Origin: an uncultured Candidatus Saccharibacteria bacterium
GTDB taxonomy: Bacteria > Patescibacteriota > Minisyncoccia > Minisyncoccales > GWA2-38-27
Length of the DNA stretch: 64,000 nucleotides
Assembly (NCBI GenBank): GCA_964609075.1
Contig: CAZSQP010000003.1
Coordinates: forward strand, 36,907 to 100,906
Direction of reading: 5' to 3'
The position numbers and the translations under genes were made by a program. The notes beneath the pieces are model-generated. The model did no database searches, was not told where the DNA came from, and saw only the letters and a program-made list of their open reading frames with translations. This document shows, piece by piece, positions 1 through 7,448 of this stretch (positions within the stretch are counted from its first letter, which is position 1; each line of letters starts with the position of its first letter).

Positions 1-693
1 CTTTTTAAGATTCTCTTTTAAAGAGGGCTTTACCTTTTCTATATTTTTATACAACTTGTTAAGAGAGCCGAATCTAGAGATAAGGTCTATAGCTGTTTTT
101 TCTCCGACACCTGCTACTCCGGGAATATTGTCTGAAGGATCTCCTCTTAAGGCCTTATAGTCTCTGAGCTGGGAAGGAGCTAATCCTTTATATTTCTCTT
201 TTACTTTTTCTGTATCATAAAGGATTGTGTCTTTAACTCCTCTTCTCGAAGCGTAAACCTTAACTTTTTCATCTACAAGCTGCAAAAGATCCATATCTCC
301 TGTAACCACAATCGTCTCTAAGTTTTTTTTAGAAGACCTTTTGGCAACACACCCTATAATATCGTCAGCCTCAAAACCCTTCTTTTCTATAACTTTCACA
401 TTGAACTTTTCAAGAGCCTCTTTAACAAGAGGTATCTGGGAAATAAGCTCATCTGGAGCTTTCTCTCGGTGAGCTTTATACTCTTTGTATTCTTTATGGC
501 GGAAAGTGGGAGCTGGATAATCAAAAGCTGCTACAATATACTGAGGATTTAAATCCTTTATTGCCTTAAAGAGAATTAAAAGAAACCCGTAAACTGCGCC
601 AACAATCTCTCCTTCTTCTGTCTTTAAAGGAGGCAGGGCGTGATAGGCCCTGTGGATTAAAGCGTTGGCGTCTATGGCTAAAATTCTCTTCAT
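1..693 (-). CDS. 5'-3' exonuclease (FEN/DNA Pol I N-terminal-domain family); 3' end runs off the window start
   Basis: Reverse-strand translation starts MKRILAIDANALIHRAYHALPPLKTEEGEIVGAVYGF..., typical of the Pol I 5'-nuclease domain. ATG complement is at 691-693. Not in the ORF track because it is truncated by the window edge. Confidence 0.75.
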   Translation of the reverse strand, partial: MKRILAIDANALIHRAYHALPPLKTEEGEIVGAVYGFLLILFKAIKDLNPQYIVAAFDYPAPTFRHKEYKEYKAHREKAPDELISQIPLVKEALEKFNVKVIEKKGFEADDIIGCVAKRSSKKNLETIVVTGDMDLLQLVDEKVKVYASRRGVKDTILYDTEKVKEKYKGLAPSQLRDYKALRGDPSDNIPGVAGVGEKTAIDLISRFGSLNKLYKNIEKVKPSLKENLKK

Positions 694-704
694 CGTCTAT
701 TTTA

Positions 705-1142
705 TCATAAATCAGAACTAGGTGTTATCTTTCTTTTATTCTTTCCTAAAAACTCAAAGTTTAAAACCAAAGTTTCTCTTGGCAGAATATCCTCTATTTT
801 CTCTGCCCATTCTACAACAATAATATTCTTGGGATTGTTGATAATTTCTTTAAAGCCTAAGTCTAGGATCTCTTTAGAATCTTTTATCCTGTAGCAGTCA
901 AAATGGTAAAAATATTCAAAAGGAAAAGGAGCTTTGAGCTTCCTGAAAATAACAAAAGTAGGGCTTAATACATCTTCTTTTATTCCTAGCCCTTTAGCTA
1001 AGCCTTGAACAAAGGACGTCTTCCCCCCTCCTAAATCTCCTTTCAAAGCTAATATTCTGAACTTTCCTTTCAGAATAGACTTGGCTATATCCTTTGCCAG
1101 TTCTCTTGTTTCCTTTTCTGTTTTTGTTGTGTATTCTTTCAT
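705..1142 (-). CDS. tsaE: tRNA threonylcarbamoyladenosine biosynthesis ATPase TsaE (YjeE)
   Basis: P-loop ALKGDLGGGKTSFVQGLAKGLGI and overall YjeE architecture; 145 aa. Confidence 0.8.
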   Translation of the reverse strand: MKEYTTKTEKETRELAKDIAKSILKGKFRILALKGDLGGGKTSFVQGLAKGLGIKEDVLSPTFVIFRKLKAPFPFEYFYHFDCYRIKDSKEILDLGFKEIINNPKNIIVVEWAEKIEDILPRETLVLNFEFLGKNKRKITPSSDL

Positions 1143-1210
1143 TTGACTTCTTTTTTTAAATAGGATAAATTGGAATAACCTTGTTTTATCTTAATATAAT
1201 TTGAAAACAC

Positions 1211-2509
1211 ATGCCAGAAAAGAAAAAAATAACAGGAGAGGTAAAGATAGCAGAAAGAACTGTTAAGGAACTTAAAAAAGAAGTAAAGAATATCCCAGAC
1301 TATAAAGAAAAGATTAAGAACTCTCTTCATCTTAAAACAACAGAATTAGTTGAATTCCTGCTGGCTGGCGCTTTCTATTTAGACGCTTCAGATATCCACA
1401 TAGAACCAAAAGAAGACGAAATAAAATTGAGAATAAGAGTAGATGGAGTTTTACATGACGTTCTTTTCTTCGACAGAAAAACATACAAAAGTCTTCTCTC
1501 TAGAATAAAGCTTTTATCTGGCATTAAATTAAATGTGACCTCACGGCCCCAGGACGGCCGTTTTTCTATTTTAATAGAAAGAATTTCAGTGGAGATAAGA
1601 GCTTCTTCTCTTCCTTCAGAATATGGAGAAGCTTTAGTCTTAAGGATATTAAACCCAAAATGGGTTGTCAGTATGGAAGAATTAGGTTTAAGAGAGGATA
1701 TGCTTAAAACCTTTAAGGAGCAGATTAAAAAGCCAAATGGAATGATAATCTGCACAGGTCCTACAGGATCCGGTAAGACCACTACTCTTTACGCCTTTAT
1801 CCAAAAGATAAACAATCCCAAAATAAAGATAATCACTATTGAGGATCCGATAGAATACCACTTAAAAGGAGTATCTCAGTCTCAGGTAGACGAATCAAGG
1901 GGATTCACCTTTGCTAACGGACTGAGAGCTATTGTAAGACAGGATCCCGACGTAATTCTAGTAGGTGAGATAAGAGACAAAGAAACCGCTGAAATATCCC
2001 TTCAAGCCTCTTTAACAGGTCATCTAGTCTTGAGCACAGTTCACACTAACGATGCTGCTGGAACCATAGCCAGACTTCAAGCCCTTGGAGAGAAACCGGA
2101 GAATATAGCCCCTTCTATTAATGTGGCTATAGGACAAAGATTAGTCAGAAAGGTTTGTCCAAAATGCGTAGAATACAAAAAGCCATCAGAAAAACAGATG
2201 AAAACCTTGAAAAAAGCTCTTAAGAATCTTCCTAAAGAAGTAAAGGTTCCTGATATAAAGAAAATACCGGTAGCTAAAGGATGCAAAGAATGCAGTTTTA
2301 CAGGATACAAGGGAAGAGTCGGTATATTTGAAAGTTTCATTGTAGATGATGAAATGGAAAAGTTTATCTTAAAATCTCCTTCTATAGCTGAAATGAGAGA
2401 AAAAGCTATTAAAAAAGGAATGGTTTCAATGAGGCAAGATGGTTTTATTAAAGTATTAAAAGGAATAAGTACCATAGAAGAAGTAGAGAGGGTAACTGGA
2501 GAAGAATAA
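1211..2509 (+). CDS. Type II/IV secretion-family ATPase (PilB/GspE-like), short form lacking N-terminal domains
   Basis: Walker A GPTGSGKTT, Asp/His boxes, and a C-terminal tetracysteine CPKC...CKEC that is typical of PilB/GspE and absent from PilT. Confidence 0.8.
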   Translation: MPEKKKITGEVKIAERTVKELKKEVKNIPDYKEKIKNSLHLKTTELVEFLLAGAFYLDASDIHIEPKEDEIKLRIRVDGVLHDVLFFDRKTYKSLLSRIKLLSGIKLNVTSRPQDGRFSILIERISVEIRASSLPSEYGEALVLRILNPKWVVSMEELGLREDMLKTFKEQIKKPNGMIICTGPTGSGKTTTLYAFIQKINNPKIKIITIEDPIEYHLKGVSQSQVDESRGFTFANGLRAIVRQDPDVILVGEIRDKETAEISLQASLTGHLVLSTVHTNDAAGTIARLQALGEKPENIAPSINVAIGQRLVRKVCPKCVEYKKPSEKQMKTLKKALKNLPKEVKVPDIKKIPVAKGCKECSFTGYKGRVGIFESFIVDDEMEKFILKSPSIAEMREKAIKKGMVSMRQDGFIKVLKGISTIEEVERVTGEE

Positions 2510-2512
2510 AAA

Positions 2513-2533
2513 GGAGCCCCAAAAAGAGGCTCC
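2513..2533 (+). terminator. Weak hairpin (GGAGCC/GGCTCC stem) immediately after the pilB-like stop; no clear U-tract
   Basis: Inverted repeat ggagcc-ccaaaaaga-ggctcc directly after the stop codon. Confidence 0.3.
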
Positions 2534-2542
2534 TAAACCGGT

Positions 2543-2658
2543 CTTGGGGCTGGGGGAAAACTCAAGTTTTCTACTAAAGCTCAGAATTTTTCCGAGGTAT
2601 AGGTTCGCCTAAGCCAATCTATCCATCTGCGAAAGATTCCTAGTCCCCCAGCCCTAAG
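2543..2658. ncRNA. Unassigned structured intergenic element (about 116 nt) closed by a 15-bp helix; class unknown
   Basis: 5' arm cttggggctggggga pairs almost perfectly with 3' arm tcccccagccctaag. There is an internal small hairpin aaaac-tcaa-gtttt. Lies between the pilB-like gene and ruvB. Confidence 0.25.
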
Positions 2659-2688
2659 ATCAGTTTAACAATACTATTCTAACAAATT

Positions 2689-3720
2689 ATGGAAGATTTG
2701 TCAAGAGAAAAAGACATTTCCCCGCTTTCCCCGAAAGAAGACGAAAGCTTTGATTCTGCTTTAAGACCCAAAACATGGGACGATTTTATAGGTCAGGAAA
2801 AAACCAAAAAGAACCTTCAAGTAATGCTGAAAGCCGCTAAAAAAAGAGGAGAATCTTGTCCTGAACACCTCCTCTTTTACGGAAATAGCGGATTAGGTAA
2901 GACAAGTCTATCATACCTTATATCCCGTGAAATGGAAAGCAACATCAGAACTATTACAGGACCTGCTATCAAAAAAGTAGGAGATTTAGCTGCTATCTTA
3001 ACTAATTTAGAAGAGGGAGATCTTCTTTTCTGCGACGAAGTCCATAGAATGAATAAAATGATAGAAGAATTCCTTTATCCAGCTTTAGAAGACTTTAAGC
3101 TAAGCCTCATTCTGGGAAAAGGGCCTATGGCAAGAACTATGGATTTAAAGCTGCCCAAATTCACTTTTATAGGAGCTACTACCAGAGTAGCCTCTGTTTC
3201 AGCTCCTTTAAGAAACAGATTCGGAGCCACCTTCCAGCTTAATTTCTACACCCAAGAAGAAATAGAGAGCATAATTAAAAATTCAAGTAAATTGTTGGAT
3301 GTTGAGATTGAGCCTGAAGCTATAAAACTGATAGCCGAAAGAGCTCGTTTCACTCCCAGAGTAGCCAATAGATTGTTAAAAAGAGTAAGAGATTTTGCCC
3401 AGGTAGAAGGAGAAGATATTATAGACGAAAAAACAGCAGAAAAAGCTATGAAGTTTCTTGAAATTGATAAAGCAGGACTGGAGCCTGGAGACAGAAAGAT
3501 AATAAAAACTATTGTTAAAAAGTTCAGTGGAGGGCCGGTAGGACTCCAGACCCTAGCTGCTGCTACAGCAGAAGAAGAAGACACTATTCTAGATATTTAC
3601 GAACCTTATCTTATGAGAATGGGCTTTTTAGCAAAGACTCCGAGAGGAAGAGTGGCTACCAAAGAGGCCTACCGCCATCTGGAATTAAAATACAAAGGAG
3701 GACAGGAATATTTGATTTAA
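2689..3720 (+). CDS. ruvB: Holliday junction branch-migration helicase RuvB
   Basis: Walker A GNSGLGKTS, Walker B LLFCDEVHR, and RuvB-specific C-terminal motifs (RFTPRVANRLLKRVRD). Confidence 0.9.
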   Translation: MEDLSREKDISPLSPKEDESFDSALRPKTWDDFIGQEKTKKNLQVMLKAAKKRGESCPEHLLFYGNSGLGKTSLSYLISREMESNIRTITGPAIKKVGDLAAILTNLEEGDLLFCDEVHRMNKMIEEFLYPALEDFKLSLILGKGPMARTMDLKLPKFTFIGATTRVASVSAPLRNRFGATFQLNFYTQEEIESIIKNSSKLLDVEIEPEAIKLIAERARFTPRVANRLLKRVRDFAQVEGEDIIDEKTAEKAMKFLEIDKAGLEPGDRKIIKTIVKKFSGGPVGLQTLAAATAEEEDTILDIYEPYLMRMGFLAKTPRGRVATKEAYRHLELKYKGGQEYLI

Positions 3721-4000
3721 TAACCTTTTAAGTCGGGAAAACTCTCGGCTTTTTAATTTTATTGGATATAATTAAACATAGCTAATATATCCAATTAGTT
3801 ATAATAAATTCAGTTAATAAAAGCATGAGAGACCGCAAAAATATCTCCTTGAAATATAGGAGTTTTTTTCTTTATTTCTAAACTACTGTTTCCTTATTCT
3901 GTGCACTTATGTACAGAATAGAGAAACCAAACCCTGAAAATATTCTCTATTCCAAAGGTTTTGAGTAGAAGCCAATCTTTACTTTTGCTACAATTTAACA

Positions 4001-5137
4001 ATGACCCACAAAATTATTATCCCTCTATTATTTCTTATTCTGCCTGCTTTTGTCTCCGCTTCCGTAGTCATTAATGAAATAGCCTGGATGGGAACAGAAA
4101 CTTCATATAACGACGAATGGATAGAATTAAAGAATAAAGGAAAAGAAAACATAGATCTTGAAGGATGGATTCTTAAGTCAGAAGACGGAAGCCCGGAAAT
4201 AGAGCTGGAAGGTGAAATTAAAGCTAACTCTTTTTATCTTTTGGAAAGAACAGACGACAATACAACTCCAGAAAAAGCTGATTTAATTTACACAGGAGCT
4301 TTAAGCAATAAGGGGGAAAACCTAAAATTAATAGATTCTTCGGAAAAGATAATAGACAAAGTTTTATCTTCTGATGGATGGATGACAGGAGACAACAAGA
4401 CCAAACAAACAATGGAAAGAAATAGCTCCTGGCAAACCAGCCAAGAACCGGGAGGAACGCCGAAATCAGAGAACTCCCGAGGATCTGGAAAGCTCGCGGA
4501 GAAAAGTTCTCCTCAGGCCCTTGCAGAGAAGGAGCCTTTGTCAGCTGAAAGCTATCCTGGAAATATTGTCTTTACAGAAATTATGCCCTCTCCCGAAGGA
4601 CCGGACGCAGAAGAAGAATGGATTGAGATATACAATAAAAACGAATTTAAAGTAAATCTTAATCTTTGGCAGATAAAAGACAAAAAAGGAAGCATAACTA
4701 CTTTTACTTTTCCAGATAAAACAATATCTTCTGGAGGATATTTAATTTTAAGGAGGCCTGAAACAAAAATCACCCTCAATAATTCAGGAGACGGCCTGGA
4801 ACTTATAAACCCTAAAGGAAAAATAATAGATTCTATTGATTATGGAAAAGCTTCTCTTGGTGAATCTTATAGTAAAAAAGACAATGAATGGGCCTGGACT
4901 ACTATTTTGACCCCTGGATCAGAAAACAAATTAACCGAGGACGGGCCTCGGTCAGCTGAATCCGTAGAGGACGGGCCTCTATCAAAATCTCCTTTTAAAG
5001 AAGAGCCGTCTCCAGAAAAAGCGAAAGCTCAGGTTAGTGAAGATATTAGAAATAAGAACTCCTTTTTGATAGCTTTAATAGTGGCTTTGGTTTCAGCTTC
5101 TGCTGTCTTGTATATAAGAAGAAGCTTTAGTATTTAA
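4001..5137 (+). CDS. Secreted lamin-tail-domain (LTD) protein with two LTD repeats and a C-terminal TM anchor
   Basis: Signal peptide. Two LTD signatures: VVINEIAWMG...EWIELKN and IVFTEIMPSPEG...EWIEIYN. C-terminal hydrophobic segment LIALIVALVSASAVLYI. Confidence 0.6.
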   Translation: MTHKIIIPLLFLILPAFVSASVVINEIAWMGTETSYNDEWIELKNKGKENIDLEGWILKSEDGSPEIELEGEIKANSFYLLERTDDNTTPEKADLIYTGALSNKGENLKLIDSSEKIIDKVLSSDGWMTGDNKTKQTMERNSSWQTSQEPGGTPKSENSRGSGKLAEKSSPQALAEKEPLSAESYPGNIVFTEIMPSPEGPDAEEEWIEIYNKNEFKVNLNLWQIKDKKGSITTFTFPDKTISSGGYLILRRPETKITLNNSGDGLELINPKGKIIDSIDYGKASLGESYSKKDNEWAWTTILTPGSENKLTEDGPRSAESVEDGPLSKSPFKEEPSPEKAKAQVSEDIRNKNSFLIALIVALVSASAVLYIRRSFSI

Positions 5138-5203
5138 ATAAAAAAGAGCAGAAGGAGAGAACTTCTGCTCTTAAATATGTAAAGAACTACTTTCTTCTTC
5201 TTA
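5098..5203. repeat. Copy A of a roughly 105-bp imperfect direct repeat (partner at 6268-6373)
   Basis: Carries the intact 3' end of the LTD gene, a terminator hairpin, and a degenerate remnant of the PEP-CTERM coding tail. Confidence 0.7.
5145..5171 (-). terminator. Rho-independent terminator (10-bp stem AGAGCAGAAG/CTTCTGCTCT); U-tract on the minus-strand transcript
   Basis: Perfect hairpin followed, on the minus strand, by TTTTTTATTT. Identical copy at 6315-6341. Confidence 0.6.
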
Positions 5204-5225
5204 TTAGAAAAGATTCTGCAAGAGA

Positions 5226-6227
5226 TTACTCAGACCGCAGGAACGGTTCTATAGCCTTGGCTAATCTTGCGCGCAATACTCGCAGATTGTTGACCAAAAC
5301 CTCATCTTTTTCTGTCTGCATCCGCTGTATTTGAATAGATATCAACCGGTCAATCTGTTTGGTTTTCCTTAAAGTAGTTGTGGCGGCATCGCTCAATTCG
5401 GGTACCATCTTTGCAGATAGAGCAAATGCTTTTGCCGAATCAACCGCGGCCTTTACGTAAAATGGGTTGTCAAACTTATCAAAGGACACTTCTCCTAGAT
5501 ACTTCGGACCGTGTTTGAACTCAAAGGATGGTAAAGTTGGCTGACGAGCAAGCTCCTTTCTTCTTGTTATTATATCAGTAAGCTTTTTCGCTGAAATAGC
5601 AAAAGATTCAGCAGGACTAATTTTGTTTTCGTCTGTTTTTCCGATTTGCCCTGGAAGAGCAGAAATTTTCAGGGTAGTAATAGATGGCCAGCCGAGTTGT
5701 TTGCAATTTTTAGGAACACTGTGTTGATAACATCGAATTTCAAACATATAAACTTCCGGTGTATAGCCAAGCTCTTTCTCTGTCTCGAGAACAAAGGGGA
5801 AGTAAGCACTTTTCGTACACTGAAGCCATCTCCATGGCCCTTTCACGCTTTTCGCACAGTAGATATTAACAATAATAATTTTTCCGATTTTAATACCGAC
5901 ACTGGGTTTTAATGTTTCTCCTGGGAATTCCCCAAGACTGCCGGATCGATGTTTTAATATATCACCTCGCTTTGCCTGATCGTGGCTGAAAACTCCGCTT
6001 AGTCGCTGCCCCTCGTAAGGACAGTAAATCCGCAAAATATCGCCTTCCTTAATCGGTCCCCAGGCTCTTTCTTCGCCAGGACTGATGACATTACTGACAT
6101 TGCCGCTCATTGCATTTGAGACCGGAACCAGGAGAGAAAGTGCTACAACAAACAAGATCATCGTTACGATTCTTGCTCTTTTCATCGTATTCCTCCTTCT
6201 TAGGGTTATTAAGTTGTGAAAGTCCAC
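5226..6227 (-). CDS. Hypothetical secreted protein (signal peptide, no recognised domain); GC-rich relative to background
   Basis: 333-aa ORF with a strong SD (AAGGAGGA) and an N-terminal signal peptide MKRARIVTMILFVVALSLLVPVSNA. About 43-47% GC against a background of about 33%. Confidence 0.5.
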   Translation of the reverse strand: MDFHNLITLRRRNTMKRARIVTMILFVVALSLLVPVSNAMSGNVSNVISPGEERAWGPIKEGDILRIYCPYEGQRLSGVFSHDQAKRGDILKHRSGSLGEFPGETLKPSVGIKIGKIIIVNIYCAKSVKGPWRWLQCTKSAYFPFVLETEKELGYTPEVYMFEIRCYQHSVPKNCKQLGWPSITTLKISALPGQIGKTDENKISPAESFAISAKKLTDIITRRKELARQPTLPSFEFKHGPKYLGEVSFDKFDNPFYVKAAVDSAKAFALSAKMVPELSDAATTTLRKTKQIDRLISIQIQRMQTEKDEVLVNNLRVLRARLAKAIEPFLRSE

Positions 6228-6267
6228 CTAATTTAGAATTAACATATTTTAAAACACCTGTCAATGT

Positions 6268-6373
6268 TGTACAGCTGTTTGTATATAAGGAGAAGCTTTA
6301 TTATTTAAATAAAAAGAGCAGAAGGAGAGAACTTCTGCTCTTAAATATGTAAAGAACTACTTTCTTCTTCTTA
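6268..6373. repeat. Copy B of the direct repeat (partner at 5098-5203)
   Basis: Carries a degenerate remnant of the LTD gene 3' end (which gives rise to the spurious + ORF 6110-6352), the same hairpin, and the intact 3' end of the PEP-CTERM gene. About 90% identical to copy A. Confidence 0.7.
6315..6341 (-). terminator. Rho-independent terminator; duplicate of 5145-5171
   Basis: Same hairpin sequence followed by a U-tract on the minus strand. Confidence 0.6.
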
Positions 6374-7373
6374 GCAGAAGAGATCCTGCCAGAAGAAGAA
6401 CGAGGGTTGCGGGCTCTGGAATATGAGCACCGTAAATTCCCTGAAGATTGCTCCAAACCAGGAATTCGCCATCGACATCAAACTTGGAATTGATGTCCAG
6501 AGTCCCTACCTCTTCCTTGGTGAAAGAGTTGAAGATACGAATTCCCCAAGGACCACCTTGAAAGATGAATCCTTCACTCTCAATAGGGACACTTCCTCCT
6601 TCACTGAAAATAAATTCCTCTTCTGTTGAGAGGTCATATCCGTAAATAGAACTATCGTCCCGTCCATCATGCCAGAAAATAAAGTTTTCTCCAACGGAAA
6701 CACTTATCTGATCACCCGGAGCTTCGCAGACGGTAAATGTTTCGCTGGTGTTTAGGTTATGGGCCCAAATATCATAGTCGTGGAAACCTTCTTCATCAGA
6801 ATAGATAAAAGATTCCCAGGCTACAATATTACCCTTAATCGAAGGTCTTTCTGAAAATCTTCCGCTACCAGCTGAAATAGGAAAATCTTCACCGGTAGAA
6901 AAATTATAACCGCGAATACCCCAGCCGGTTCTGTAGACTGCGATATCTCCATCCATGGAGGTTTCATGCTGAACACCTTGAGTAACAAGCGGAAACTCCT
7001 CTTGGGTGGTCAGGTTGTAGGCGTAAATATCACAGCCTTCACAACCTATATCATCCTTTCTTCTTTGGTCTTCCCAAACAACAAAATTATCCCCAATAGA
7101 AAGAGACGTCTGAGGGTGTACTTCTGTGCAAATGGGGAATTCTTTCTTTTCAGCCAAATTGTAACCGTAAATATCATCATTCAAATCCGTTATATCCCAA
7201 TTACGCCGATCGATCCAGGCAACAAAGTTTCCTTCCACGCTCAGACTAGAAAAAGGAGGATCTATCACATGTTGAGTACGTTCTGTGATAGTAAATCTCT
7301 CCAGATCAGCAAAAACCGGACTTGCCAGAAAAACAAACAGGGTCACTGTCGGAATGATTCTTGCAGCTTTCAT
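6357..7373 (-). CDS. Secreted beta-propeller-repeat protein with a C-terminal PEP-CTERM sorting signal
   Basis: Signal peptide. Six repeats of the type G(D/E)NFV(V/A)W.D.R..DIYGY(N/D)L. C-terminus IPEPATLVLLLAGSLLLRRRK = PEP motif + TM helix + Arg-rich tail. GC-rich (about 45%). Confidence 0.55.
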   Translation of the reverse strand: MKAARIIPTVTLFVFLASPVFADLERFTITERTQHVIDPPFSSLSVEGNFVAWIDRRNWDITDLNDDIYGYNLAEKKEFPICTEVHPQTSLSIGDNFVVWEDQRRKDDIGCEGCDIYAYNLTTQEEFPLVTQGVQHETSMDGDIAVYRTGWGIRGYNFSTGEDFPISAGSGRFSERPSIKGNIVAWESFIYSDEEGFHDYDIWAHNLNTSETFTVCEAPGDQISVSVGENFIFWHDGRDDSSIYGYDLSTEEEFIFSEGGSVPIESEGFIFQGGPWGIRIFNSFTKEEVGTLDINSKFDVDGEFLVWSNLQGIYGAHIPEPATLVLLLAGSLLLRRRK

Positions 7374-7448
7374 TTCCCCTCTCCTTAATCTCAGGGTTCT
7401 TGTTTAAGAACTAACTTTAGTTTACTACTTTTAAAACTCTCTGTCAAA

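Noticed and set aside
2543-2658. Identification of the structured element as SRP (4.5S) RNA, tmRNA or tRNA
   Set aside because: No GGAA/AGCAG SRP domain-IV motif, it is too short for tmRNA, and no tRNA cloverleaf can be drawn. Left as unclassified.
1375-3584. Antisense ORFs 1375-1782, 2077-2475, 3246-3584 (-)
   Set aside because: They lie entirely inside the well-supported pilB-like and ruvB genes on the opposite strand, and the products are low-complexity with no motifs.
6110-6352. ORF 6110-6352 (+, 80 aa)
   Set aside because: Its C-terminus (...LFVYKEKLYYLNKK) is the degraded duplicate of the LTD gene 3' end within direct-repeat copy B; a remnant, not a gene.
5098-6373. Transposase or integrase responsible for the repeat-flanked insertion
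   Set aside because: No transposase-, integrase- or recombinase-like ORF, and no terminal inverted repeats, were found in or next to the segment. The mechanism remains unknown.
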